Below, piece by piece: positions 19,198 to 28,462 of a DNA stretch of 64,000 nt. Position numbers and translations under genes: made by a program. Each line of letters starts with the position of its first letter. Position 1 is the stretch's first letter. Source of the DNA: Vicinamibacteria bacterium (GTDB taxonomy: Bacteria; Acidobacteriota; Vicinamibacteria; Marinacidobacterales; Marinacidobacteraceae); assembly GCA_964291235.2 (NCBI GenBank), contig OZ219815.1, positions 1,280,353-1,344,352 of the forward strand, given 5' to 3'. Below the pieces are notes generated by a model. That model saw nothing but the letters and a program-made list of their open reading frames with translations. It did no database searches and was not told the DNA's origin.

Positions 19198-19269
19198 ATG
19201 ACCATGGTTCTCGACGTTTGACCATGGTTCTCGATGTTTGACCATGGCTCTCCTGTTTGACCATGGCTC
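19198..19269 (+). repeat. Tandem array 2: four 19-20 bp units, core (T)TGACCATGG(C/T)TC
   Basis: Units start at 19198, 19218, 19238 and 19257. Confidence 0.9.
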
Positions 19270-19586
19270 AGGAAGAGGCGGTCTTGAAGAGCCAGGGAAC
19301 GTCGGTCTTGATTGAGACCGGTGCTGCAAATCGCTGCCGCGGCAAAAGCGCGGGTACGGCTTGGAGCGCTGTCGAGAAACGGATCACCGATCTCATCACA
19401 ACCTTGGACTCCGCTTAGGTCTTGGCTGGCGGCGGCGTGTGCCGGCAAGGACCGCAGCACATCGGAGGTTTATGTTCCGGTACCCCCTTTGTGGGCCACT
19501 GGTCGTGAAGGTGATCGAGCAGGCGTACTGTCCGGGGGATTGGGTACACGGTTCCGCGTGTTGTGGCCTCCCACCGGGAGGACGGG

Positions 19587-19610
19587 GCCGACCTGGAGGT
19601 CGGCGGTCCC
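19587..19610 (-). repeat. REP-like hairpin in inverted orientation to the 18835 copy
   Basis: Minus strand reads GGGACC-GCCGACCTCCAGGTCGGC. Confidence 0.55.
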
Positions 19611-19625
19611 TTCCCTGACGAGCTT

Positions 19626-20114
19626 CTAGGGTTCGTCGAGTTCTGCCGCCGCGAGGCCGACCTGGACGATCCGCCGCTGATCCACCCCGGCGACGCCGAC
19701 GTACTTGAAGACGGCGCCATCGAGCACGCGAGGTGCGGCGGCTTGCACCACGACGGCCTGTTCGCCGGTCAGCAACGCCGCGAACGGGGCCGCCCGCGAA
19801 TCCGCAGCGGGATCGGTAGGGAACGCGAAATCCACGCCATCCACGTTCGTGAACGCGATCTCGCCGTTCTCGTCGCTTACCCAGAACTCCGAGACGATGG
19901 TTTCATCCGCGACGCGCTTCAGGACGGCGTTGATCGCTTCCCGGTCCATCCCGGCCTTGAGCGCGGCGTCCACGAAGTGGGCAGTGAGCGTCGCCTCAGC
20001 CACCATGTGTTTCGAGACGGCGTCATGCGCCGCCGGCTGCTGCGTTCCCATCGCTACACCTCCCAAGAGAGCAAGGGCCGCCACCGAGGCGGTCGTCCAT
20101 CGCAACGTTCTCAT
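19626..20114 (-). CDS. Secreted hypothetical protein, stand-alone Cache/PDC-like sensor domain
   Basis: Signal peptide. EFWVSDENGEIAFTN...FKYVGVAGVDQRRIVQVG resembles extracytoplasmic chemoreceptor domains. GGAGG RBS. Confidence 0.65.
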   Translation of the reverse strand: MRTLRWTTASVAALALLGGVAMGTQQPAAHDAVSKHMVAEATLTAHFVDAALKAGMDREAINAVLKRVADETIVSEFWVSDENGEIAFTNVDGVDFAFPTDPAADSRAAPFAALLTGEQAVVVQAAAPRVLDGAVFKYVGVAGVDQRRIVQVGLAAAELDEP

Positions 20115-20172
20115 ATTCGGTCCTCCGAGGCTCCACGAAAGTCGCTTGGCGAGCGAACCCCGGCGCGGAGGA

Positions 20173-20742
20173 TCAGGGATGGAGTTGGCGTCCGGTGATC
20201 CCGAGCTCCTCGGCGTGCGGCCGGAGCGCGTCCACGATGAAATCGATGTGCTCGCCGAGGTCCACACCGAGCAATTCGGCGCCGAAGCGGCACTCGTGGC
20301 GTTCCACCTTCGCCGCGAACCGCTTGTCCTTCAGTTTCTTCTTGACGCTCCTGGCGCCCAGCGTCGAGATCCCTTCGGGCCGCACCAGAGCGCAGGCGAC
20401 GATGAACCCGGTGAGTTCGTCGCAGGCGAGGAGCGCCTTGTCCATCGCTGACTTCCACTCGACGCCCCATTTCGTGTAGTGGCCGGAGATCGCGTAGGCG
20501 AGTTCCTCCTCGCCGCGCTCGCGCAACCAGCCGACGATCCGGTTCGGATGGTCCTCGGGCCACTTTTCGTAGTCGGCGTCGTGGAGCATGCCCGCGATAC
20601 CCCACACGTCGGGGTCTGCATCCGGCTCGCCGTAGCGGCCGGCGGCCGCCCGCATGACGACCTCAACCGCGCGGGCGTGCTTCTGGAGCGAATCGGTCTC
20701 GCACCAGGTGGTGAGGTGCGCCCAGGCTTCGTCGCGGGTCAT
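20173..20742 (-). CDS. HD-superfamily phosphohydrolase
   Basis: KHARAVE...GMLHDADYE...H...CDELTGFI...KKKLKDKRFAAKV. Confidence 0.88.
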   Translation of the reverse strand: MTRDEAWAHLTTWCETDSLQKHARAVEVVMRAAAGRYGEPDADPDVWGIAGMLHDADYEKWPEDHPNRIVGWLRERGEEELAYAISGHYTKWGVEWKSAMDKALLACDELTGFIVACALVRPEGISTLGARSVKKKLKDKRFAAKVERHECRFGAELLGVDLGEHIDFIVDALRPHAEELGITGRQLHP

Positions 20743-21143
20743 TCCGGGTTCTTTCCTCCCGGAGGACAACAGGACTCGATGCTCCACTTGCCGGAACCGG
20801 TGGTGGCGATGAAGAGGAACGCGAAGGCGAAGAGCGTCGCCAGTTCGCCGTCGTTCTGAATGGGCAGCAGCCCGTCCGGCTGGTGGCGGTAGAAGTAGGC
20901 GACTGCCATCTGTCCCGACGCGAGGAACGCCGCGATCCGGGTGCGGTAACCGACGAGGACCAGCGCACCCGTGACGAACTCGACGACCCCGGCGGTGTTG
21001 TAGAGCCACGCCGGGGAGTACGGGGTTCCCTCGCCGAGCAGGAAGAAGATCGCCACCACTCCGTGGCAGAAGAAGAGGAAACCGACCATGATGCGCAGCA
21101 GCGCGTAGGCCGTTTCCCGGTGCGGCGCCAGCACGGTCTTCAT
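20739..21143 (-). CDS. DoxX family membrane protein
   Basis: LLRIMVGFLFFCHG...TRIAAFLASGQMAVAYF..H.P...PIQNDGELA. Confidence 0.88.
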   Translation of the reverse strand: MKTVLAPHRETAYALLRIMVGFLFFCHGVVAIFFLLGEGTPYSPAWLYNTAGVVEFVTGALVLVGYRTRIAAFLASGQMAVAYFYRHQPDGLLPIQNDGELATLFAFAFLFIATTGSGKWSIESCCPPGGKNPE

Positions 21144-21156
21144 TCGAACCCCTCCT

Positions 21157-23112
21157 TCACTCGGACTCCGGGAGCGCCAGCGCCACGAACTCGCCCGGAT
21201 GGTCCGGGGCGCCGACCGCGACCACGATGAACTGCCGGCCGTCCGCCAGGTAGCTCATCGGCGTGCCGGACTGGTTCGCCGGCAGCTCGAACTCCCAGAG
21301 GATCTCTCCCGTCGCCTTGTCGTGGGCTCGGAACATGGGCCCGCCACTGCCGTACGCGGCGAACATCCCCGAGCCTTCGCCGGCGAAGAGGAGGGTCTTG
21401 GTGACCAGCAGGCCGCCCCGGTCGGTTTGCCCGGTCCGGCCCAGCTCGACGCCGGCGAGCGCCGGGTGCTCGCGGACCCACTGGGGCGTATCGCTGTTTG
21501 GGATCTGCCAGAGGATTTCGCCGCGGTTGAGATCGAGCGCGGTGATGAGTCCCCAGGGTGGCTTCAGCAGCGGCAGGCCCTGCGGGCCGCCACCTTCGGG
21601 GAGCCGGATTTCGCGGCGCTGGCCCTGCACGAAGTCCATGGTGGAGCGCTCCGGATCGTGCTCGAGCCCGAGGATGTTGATGTCGAGACCCGACGACACG
21701 TACACGACTCCGGTCTCCGGGTCGGCGGCCACGCTCGGCCAGTTCGCGCCGCCGAGCGCGCCCGGAACGGTCAGCGTTCCCCGGTTTCCCCGCGGTTCCA
21801 TGACCGTGGGCGGAGTGAACAGCGGACCGAGCGTGTAGAACCTCGCGATCCGAAGGGCTTCTTCCTTCAGTTCCGGGGTGAGGTCGAGCAGGTCGTCCTC
21901 ACTCACGCCCTGCCGCTGGAAGGGAGGGGGCTTCGTGGGGAACGGCTGTGTCGGAGCCGTGCGCTCGCCCGGCACGTTCGACTCCGGCATGGGGCGCTCC
22001 TCGATCGGCCACACCGGTTCGCCGGTGCGGCGGTCGAGAACGAAGGTGAACGCCTGCTTGGTGACTTGGGCGAGGGCGGGGATTTCCCGCCCGTCCACGG
22101 TCAAATCGAGGAGCACCGGCGCCGTCGGGAGGTCGTAGTCCCAGATCCCGTGGTGGACCGTCTGGTAGTGCCAGCGGCGTTCCCCGGTGGCCACGTCGAG
22201 GGCGACCACGCTCTGGGTAAAGAGGTTGTCACCGGGACGGTGTCCGCCGTAGTAGTCCCCGGTGCCGGCCTCGGTGGGCAGATAGACCAGTCCCAGTTCC
22301 GGGTCGGCGCTCATCCAGGACCAGACGCCCCCGTTGCCGGTGAACCGCCAACTGTCGTCCTCCCAGGTGTCGTTTCCGAACTCGCCCTCGCGCGGAATCG
22401 TGTGAAAAGTCCACAGCAGCTCTCCTGAGTGGACGTCGTAGCCGCGCACCGGCGAAGGCGAGTTCTCCGGCGATGGCGGCGCGCCGCCGCTCACCAGCGC
22501 CGCCCCTACCACGACCACGTCGCCAACCACCGTCGGCGGCGATCCGGAGCCGATGGCCGCGGTCTCGACGTCCACCTCCCTGCCGAGATCGCGGCGCAGG
22601 TCCACCATCCCGTCCAGGCCGAAACCGGGGATCAGTCTCCCGGTCTCCGCCTCGAGCGCCACCAGCCGATAGGCCGGGGTGACCAGGAACACGCGCGCGG
22701 TCTCGCCGTCGCTCCAGAACGCCACGCCCCGTCCGGACGTCTGGCGGGGTGCCGACTCCCCGCGCGTGCCCTCGTCGAAACGGAAGGTCCAGAGCGTCTC
22801 CCCGGTGGCGGCATCGATCGCTACCGCCGCCCGTCGGGCGCCCGCAGTGACGTAGACCACCCCGTCGAGCATCAGCGGGGTGGCCCGCAGGTTCAGGTCG
22901 GGACGCGGCCCGAAGTTCCGCGAAGTCCAGCGCCAGGCAATTTCCAGTTGGTCCACGTTACCGGCGTGGATCTGATCCAGCGGGGAATAGCGGGTCGAAG
23001 ACAGGTCCGCGGCGTAATGCGGCCATTCCCCGGGCTCCCGCTCTTGCGCGAGTGCCGGGGTGGCGACGACCCCAAGCGCCGCCGCGAGCCCGATCAGTCC
23101 CCGGAGTACCAA
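21157..23112 (-). CDS. PQQ-dependent dehydrogenase (quinoprotein glucose dehydrogenase-like), secreted
   Basis: STRYSPLDQI, WHYQTVHHGIWDYDLP, PTQPFPTKPPPF, GGANW, Trp-docking repeats. Confidence 0.92.
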   Translation of the reverse strand: MVLRGLIGLAAALGVVATPALAQEREPGEWPHYAADLSSTRYSPLDQIHAGNVDQLEIAWRWTSRNFGPRPDLNLRATPLMLDGVVYVTAGARRAAVAIDAATGETLWTFRFDEGTRGESAPRQTSGRGVAFWSDGETARVFLVTPAYRLVALEAETGRLIPGFGLDGMVDLRRDLGREVDVETAAIGSGSPPTVVGDVVVVGAALVSGGAPPSPENSPSPVRGYDVHSGELLWTFHTIPREGEFGNDTWEDDSWRFTGNGGVWSWMSADPELGLVYLPTEAGTGDYYGGHRPGDNLFTQSVVALDVATGERRWHYQTVHHGIWDYDLPTAPVLLDLTVDGREIPALAQVTKQAFTFVLDRRTGEPVWPIEERPMPESNVPGERTAPTQPFPTKPPPFQRQGVSEDDLLDLTPELKEEALRIARFYTLGPLFTPPTVMEPRGNRGTLTVPGALGGANWPSVAADPETGVVYVSSGLDINILGLEHDPERSTMDFVQGQRREIRLPEGGGPQGLPLLKPPWGLITALDLNRGEILWQIPNSDTPQWVREHPALAGVELGRTGQTDRGGLLVTKTLLFAGEGSGMFAAYGSGGPMFRAHDKATGEILWEFELPANQSGTPMSYLADGRQFIVVAVGAPDHPGEFVALALPESE

Positions 23113-24269
23113 ATCCGGTAGATCGCTCCCGCGCGGTCGTCGGAGACGAGGATGTCGCCGCCGGGAAGTTCAAGAATGTCCACCGGACGACCCCAGGGAC
23201 GCTCGTCCGGCTCGCCGATCCAGCCGGTTACGAAGTCCTCGTATCCGGTTGCCGCGCCTTGCTCATTCCGCACCAGGGTCAACCGGTACCCGATGCGCTC
23301 GCTCCGGTTCCAGGAGCCGTGCTCGGCGACGAGCGCCTGGCCGCGGTACTCCTCGGGGAACTGGTCGCCCCGGTAGAAGGTCATCCCGATCGCCGCCACG
23401 TGCGGGCCGAGCTTCTGGGTGGGAGGCTCGAACTCGTCGCAGGAGCGGTCGCGCCCGTACCAGGGATCGCTTACATCTCCGGCGTGGCAGTAGGGATAGC
23501 CGAAGTGCTGCCCGGCTTCCGTGAGGATGTTCATCTCCCCGGGCGGGTTGTCATCCCCGAGCCAGTCCGGATTGTTGTCGGTGAACCACATCTGGCCGGT
23601 CGCGGGGTGCCAGTCGAAACCGACGGACATCCGGACGCCGCGCGCGGCGACTTCGAGTCCCGTTCCGTCGGGCTGCATCCGGGCGATGGAGGCGAAGATG
23701 GGGTTCTCCGATGCGCAGCGGTTGCAGGGCGCCCCCACCGGGACATAGAGCATTCCGTCGGGCCCGAAGTCGATGAACTTCCAGCCGTGGTGGCGCATGT
23801 TGGGCAGGTCGTCGGTGACCACCACGGGCTCGCCCGGTTCCTCCAGCCGCGATTCGATGTCGTCGAACCGGAGGATCCGGTTGACCTCGGCCACGAAAAG
23901 GTCGCCGTCCCGCATCGCTACCCCGTTGGGCATGAACAGGTTCTCGGCCAGGGTGTGGAGTTCGTCCGCCACCCCGTCGCCGTCTTTGTCACGGAGCGCG
24001 AACACCCCGCCGGAAGCCTCGCGGGTCCCGACGAAGATCGTCCCGTTCTCACCCCGCGCCAGCGACCTGGCTCCGGGAACGCGTCCCCAGACGCCGATCT
24101 CGAACCCCGGCGGGAGCGATAGGCGTTCGAGCGGCAGCGCCGGCGGTCCGTCCTGGGCCTCGGCGACCTGGTCGGCAGGGGCGCCGGTGCCGGCTCCCGT
24201 GCAGCCAAGGCCGGCGAGTGCGATCAGACAGAGGCTTGCCGCAGCCAGCCGGGCGGGGTGCGTGCGCAT
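23094..24269 (-). CDS. PQQ-dependent sugar/L-sorbosone dehydrogenase family lipoprotein
   Basis: Lipobox-like LAGLGC. HHGWKFIDFGPDG.LYVPVGAPCNRC, EHGSWNRS, GRPVD, VSDD. Confidence 0.9.
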   Translation of the reverse strand: MRTHPARLAAASLCLIALAGLGCTGAGTGAPADQVAEAQDGPPALPLERLSLPPGFEIGVWGRVPGARSLARGENGTIFVGTREASGGVFALRDKDGDGVADELHTLAENLFMPNGVAMRDGDLFVAEVNRILRFDDIESRLEEPGEPVVVTDDLPNMRHHGWKFIDFGPDGMLYVPVGAPCNRCASENPIFASIARMQPDGTGLEVAARGVRMSVGFDWHPATGQMWFTDNNPDWLGDDNPPGEMNILTEAGQHFGYPYCHAGDVSDPWYGRDRSCDEFEPPTQKLGPHVAAIGMTFYRGDQFPEEYRGQALVAEHGSWNRSERIGYRLTLVRNEQGAATGYEDFVTGWIGEPDERPWGRPVDILELPGGDILVSDDRAGAIYRIWYSGD

Positions 24270-24274
24270 CGGGG

Positions 24275-25879
24275 TCAGTTGGCGGCGTCGGCCCTGGGAA
24301 TCGCTTCGACCAGCAGCGCCAGCGCACTCTGGAGCGCCCGGTTGGCGCTGCCGTCGAGCGAACCCTCGTAAAGCCCGAGCCGCGCGATCACCATGTCGTG
24401 TTCGGGAACGATGATCGTGCTCTGGCCGCCGGCGCCGGCGAAGCTGTAGCTGCTGTTGGGAAGCGCGGGGAAACGCTTCTCGCCGCCCTTCGGCGGGTTG
24501 TTGATCCAGATGAGCCCGCCGTAGATGGGCCGTCCGTCGGCCTCCCAGGAGGGTGCCACCGAGGTCGCGAACTCGACGAATTCCTCCGACAGCACCCGCT
24601 CTCCGTTCGGGGCCATGCCGCCGTCCAGATAAAGCTGCCCGAGCCGGGCCCAGGCCCGCCCGCTTCCGAAGCCGTAGCCGTTCAGCAGGAAGTTGCCGTG
24701 GGGATCGCCTTCCGCGACGAACCGGTTGGCGCCGATCTTGTCGAAGAGGTGCTTCTGGGGGAACTGGTGATAGTTCTCGTCGCGCCCCTCGACTCCGAGC
24801 CGGACGATGTGGTTCGTGAGCACCGGGTCGCAGTTGCGGTACCGCCCGACCGTGTTGGGCGCCCACTGCGGCGCGCGCTGGGTGGCCCAGATGTGGGAGT
24901 CCACGGTGCTGGTGTAGAGGTAGAGGTGATCCGGATAGCCCATCGTCGCTTCGTCCCACTCCGGATCGCCGGCGTTGAGGCAACGGAGTCCGCTGGACAT
25001 CTGCAGGATGTCCTGGATGCGGATCGTGCCGCGCACGTCGTTCGGGTCCTCGTGCCAGGCGTCGATCGGAGCGAGCTGGTCGAGCGTGTAGACCCCCTGA
25101 GTGATCAACAATCCCATCAGGGTCGCGGAGAGGCTCTTGTTCATGGACCAGCTCTCGAGCGGGGTGTCCTTGGTGATCCCGTCTTCTTCGCGATACCGCT
25201 CGGCAACCAGCCGGCCCCGGTGGAGGACCACGAAGGCGAGCGTCATCGCGCCATCCTCGAACGCCGCGTCCACCGCCGCCTCGAGCTGCTCCGCGTCCAC
25301 GTCCTCGGGAAGCGGCTCATCCGGGAGCACGTCCCCCATGGGCCACGGGTCTTCCTGGTTCACCGTGGAGGTGACGGGGACGGTCTCGTAGAACGGGGCT
25401 TCCTCCCCAATCGGGAGCGTGACGCAGCCCTGGTCGCCGTGGAGCACCGCCGTCCGCGTGACGCCGGTATCGGTGGTGATGTGGACCTTCTGATTGTCCA
25501 TGTCGATCTCGCGCCCCGGGAGCCGGTCGCGATACCGATAGCGGGAGGTGAAGCCTCCGATCTGGTGCTGGGCCGCCTCGAAATCGAGCCCGGTCAGGAA
25601 GACCGCCGAGCAGAGCACCTTGGCGAAGCCCGACGCCTCGTGCTCGATGAACACGGCCGGATCCAGGAACCCGCGCGGCGGGTGCTCGCGCTCGGTGTCG
25701 AGTTCGTACTGAGCCGAACGGAAGACGAGACATTCGTTCAGGCTCATGTCGTCCGTGCAGGGCTGCTCCATGAACGGTTCCTCGCCCCCTCCTGCGCAAC
25801 CGACGGCGAACGCCAACAGAAGTGCGGCGATGATCGGGAGCGCTGGACGCGCTCGAAGATTCGTTGGCGGGTAACTCAT
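24275..25879 (-). CDS. Serine hydrolase (class C beta-lactamase/AmpC-like family) lipoprotein
   Basis: Lipobox AVGC, SxxK motif SWSMNKS, LQMSSGL, Y.N, FAGAGGQ. Confidence 0.88.
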   Translation of the reverse strand: MSYPPTNLRARPALPIIAALLLAFAVGCAGGGEEPFMEQPCTDDMSLNECLVFRSAQYELDTEREHPPRGFLDPAVFIEHEASGFAKVLCSAVFLTGLDFEAAQHQIGGFTSRYRYRDRLPGREIDMDNQKVHITTDTGVTRTAVLHGDQGCVTLPIGEEAPFYETVPVTSTVNQEDPWPMGDVLPDEPLPEDVDAEQLEAAVDAAFEDGAMTLAFVVLHRGRLVAERYREEDGITKDTPLESWSMNKSLSATLMGLLITQGVYTLDQLAPIDAWHEDPNDVRGTIRIQDILQMSSGLRCLNAGDPEWDEATMGYPDHLYLYTSTVDSHIWATQRAPQWAPNTVGRYRNCDPVLTNHIVRLGVEGRDENYHQFPQKHLFDKIGANRFVAEGDPHGNFLLNGYGFGSGRAWARLGQLYLDGGMAPNGERVLSEEFVEFATSVAPSWEADGRPIYGGLIWINNPPKGGEKRFPALPNSSYSFAGAGGQSTIIVPEHDMVIARLGLYEGSLDGSANRALQSALALLVEAIPRADAAN

Positions 25880-25965
25880 GATCGTCTCCTCCCGGCTGCG
25901 GGACAGGGATCGGGGCGTTCGTTCCGCGGAACGCCGGACCCCCGATTGTATGGCCGACTGCGGTC

Positions 25966-26147
25966 AACAGCCTGTGGATGGAGTGCCGTGAGCACCGAGA
26001 ACGGCGAGGCGCCTGGCTGACAAGGCGCGTGAGGGAGGAATACCTGGTGTATTCCGACCGAAACGCAACGATGAGGGCCGCATGGCGGCCCGTTCAGACG
26101 GGATGCATCGCCGTTCGAATGCCGCGTGACTTCATTCACAGGCTGTT
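25966..26147. mobile_element. MITE-like element, 182 bp, with terminal inverted repeats
   Basis: Left end AACAGCCTGTGGATGGAGT, right end ACTTCATTCACAGGCTGTT. Nested internal hairpins and no transposase. Confidence 0.7.
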
Positions 26148-26188
26148 CCAGCCCCCGTGCGGATACTCTGCCTGCCGCTGCTCCACTC

Positions 26189-28462
26189 ATGATCCGCGAA
26201 AGCACGGCCCCTCGCCCTCACATCGTTTTGGTGGGTGGGGGCCATTCCCACGTCCAAGTGCTCCGCCGGATGATGATGCGCCCCTGGCCCGAGGCGAGGG
26301 TGACCGTCGTGCTCGACACGCCGGTCGCGGTCTACTCGGGCATGGTTCCCGGCTTTGTGGCCGGTCAGTACCGGGCTTCCGAACTCGAGATCGACGTGGT
26401 CCCGCTCGCCCGGCTCGCGGGAGCGGAGGTCATCCTCACTCCCGCGACCGGAGTGGACCCGGCTTCCCGCCGGGTCCGGCTCGATGGGCGGCCCCCACTC
26501 GCCTACGACTACGTTTCTTTCGACATCGGAAGCACCGTGGCGGGACTCGACCTTCCCGGTGTCCGGGAGCGGGCCCGCGCCACCCGTCCCATATCGCGCC
26601 TGGTGCGGGAGATCGGAACGCTCACGGAGTCGTTCCTCGCGCACGCCGCGGAGCGCCCATTCGAGGTGGTGGTCGCGGGCGGAGGCGCCGGAGGGATCGA
26701 GCTGGCCTTCACGGTCCGGGAGAGGCTGCTGTCCGCGGCCGGCCGGGCCGGCGTCGAACGGTCACTCCGGGTCACCCTGCTGCAGGCGCTCCCCGAGATT
26801 CTCCCCGGTTTCCCGCCTTCCCTCGCCGGGCGGGCGCGCCGGAATGCCGCGGCGCGGGGTATTTCGATCGTCACTGACCGGATGGTCGCTGAGGTGGAAG
26901 ACGGCCGGGTCCGGCTCGAAGGCGGTGAAACCGTTTCGGTGGATTCCCTGATCTGGGCGGTGGGAGCCGGAAGCCTGGAGCTTTTTCGCGATTCCGGGTT
27001 GCCTCTCGACGAGCGGGGATTCGTGCTCACCCGTTCGACGCTCCAGACCCTGGGCGACGATCGGATCTTCGCGGTGGGGGACTGTGCGACCCTCGAGGAC
27101 TGGCCGGCGACCCCGAAGGCCGGGGTGTACGCCGTCAGGCAGGGGCCGTTCATTGCCGACAACCTGCGCCGGGTGGTGGCCGGGCGCCCTCTTCGGCGTT
27201 ACCGGCCGCAGTCCGATTTCCTCACCCTCCTGAACCTCGGGGACGGCAAGGCGCTCGGGGCGAAGTGGGGAACGTCCTTCGAGGGCCGCTGGGTGATGAC
27301 CCTGAAGGACCGGATCGACCGGAAGTTCATGCAGAAGTTCCAGGTCCTGGATGACGGCGGGGCGACCACCGACGAGTTTTCCCGCATGGACCGCACCGCC
27401 ATGGAGGCGATGTTGTGCGGCGGCTGCGCGGCGAAGGCCGGCCAGACGACGCTCGACCGGGCGCTCGGCCGCCTGCGCGACGAGTTCGGCTCCGGGCCGG
27501 CCGGGCAGTCGGAAGGGGTCCGCCTGGGGCTTGATCAGTCGGACGACGCGGCCGCCTTCGCCACGCCGCGCGGCGATGTGGTCGTGTCCAGCGTGGATTG
27601 GTTCAAGGCGTTCAGCGGGGACCATTGGCTGAACGGGAAGGTCGCGGCGGCGAACGCCCTGTCGGATCTCTTTGCGACCGGTGCGGCGCCCCGCTACGCG
27701 ATGGCGCTCGTCAACCTTCCCGAGGAAGAGGATCCCGAGGAGCGAGCGGAAACGCTGTATCAGTTGCTTGCCGGCGCTCGCTCGCTTCTTGACGCGCGCG
27801 GCGTGTCGCTGCTCGGCGGTCATACGACCGTGGGGCCGGAGCTGACCGTCGGCTTCTCGGTGGAGGGGCACCCTATCGGTGAGCACCTGCTGACCCTCGA
27901 CCGCCTGGCGGTCGGGGACGGCCTCTACCTGACCAAGAGGCTTGGTAGCGGCGTGGTCCTTCGCGGGGTCGCCCTGGGACAGGGCCGGGGAGAGTGGCTG
28001 CAGGAGGCGACGGCCCAAATGGTGCGCCCCAACGAAACGGCCGCCCGGGCCGCGGTCGCGGCGGGACTGCGGGCCGCCACCGACGTGACCGGGTTCGGCC
28101 TCATGAACCACCTTGCCGAGATGCTGCGGGCGAGTGGGCTGTCGGCCGAGCTCGATGTCTCCGCCCTGCCGGCGCTGCCCGGCGCGGAGGAACTGCTGGG
28201 CTCGGGTCTTCGGAGTACCGCCCACGAACAGAACCGGAACATCGTGAAGGCGGTCCGGGTCGAGGGCATGGCTTCGCGCCATCCCGGCTTTGAGTTGCTA
28301 TTCGATCCCCAGACCGCGGGAGGCTTTCTCGCTGGCGTTCCTGAGGCGCGAGCTGGAGACTTTTGCGCGCGGCTGCGCGAAGCAGACGTCGGGGCGGTTC
28401 GCATCGGGACCGTGATCGCGCGCCCGGACGACGGAGCCGTCGCTACGATTCGGGAAGCGTGA
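26189..28462 (+). CDS. selD: Selenide, water dikinase SelD fused to an N-terminal FAD-dependent (NADH dehydrogenase II-like) oxidoreductase
   Basis: VLVGGGHSH, YSGMVPG, PKAGVYAVRQ, then CGGCAAK, DDAA, ANALSD, GGHT, TDVTGFGL, DPQTAGG. Confidence 0.93.
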   Translation: MIRESTAPRPHIVLVGGGHSHVQVLRRMMMRPWPEARVTVVLDTPVAVYSGMVPGFVAGQYRASELEIDVVPLARLAGAEVILTPATGVDPASRRVRLDGRPPLAYDYVSFDIGSTVAGLDLPGVRERARATRPISRLVREIGTLTESFLAHAAERPFEVVVAGGGAGGIELAFTVRERLLSAAGRAGVERSLRVTLLQALPEILPGFPPSLAGRARRNAAARGISIVTDRMVAEVEDGRVRLEGGETVSVDSLIWAVGAGSLELFRDSGLPLDERGFVLTRSTLQTLGDDRIFAVGDCATLEDWPATPKAGVYAVRQGPFIADNLRRVVAGRPLRRYRPQSDFLTLLNLGDGKALGAKWGTSFEGRWVMTLKDRIDRKFMQKFQVLDDGGATTDEFSRMDRTAMEAMLCGGCAAKAGQTTLDRALGRLRDEFGSGPAGQSEGVRLGLDQSDDAAAFATPRGDVVVSSVDWFKAFSGDHWLNGKVAAANALSDLFATGAAPRYAMALVNLPEEEDPEERAETLYQLLAGARSLLDARGVSLLGGHTTVGPELTVGFSVEGHPIGEHLLTLDRLAVGDGLYLTKRLGSGVVLRGVALGQGRGEWLQEATAQMVRPNETAARAAVAAGLRAATDVTGFGLMNHLAEMLRASGLSAELDVSALPALPGAEELLGSGLRSTAHEQNRNIVKAVRVEGMASRHPGFELLFDPQTAGGFLAGVPEARAGDFCARLREADVGAVRIGTVIARPDDGAVATIREA

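Noticed and set aside
18906-19269. CRISPR or TIGR-type guide array
   Set aside because: Variable segments are only 5-7 bp, units are about 20 bp, and no cas or Nop-domain gene is in the window.
27400-27440. Selenocysteine in the SelD active site
   Set aside because: The codons are TGC-GGC-GGC-TGC (CGGC), with no UGA.
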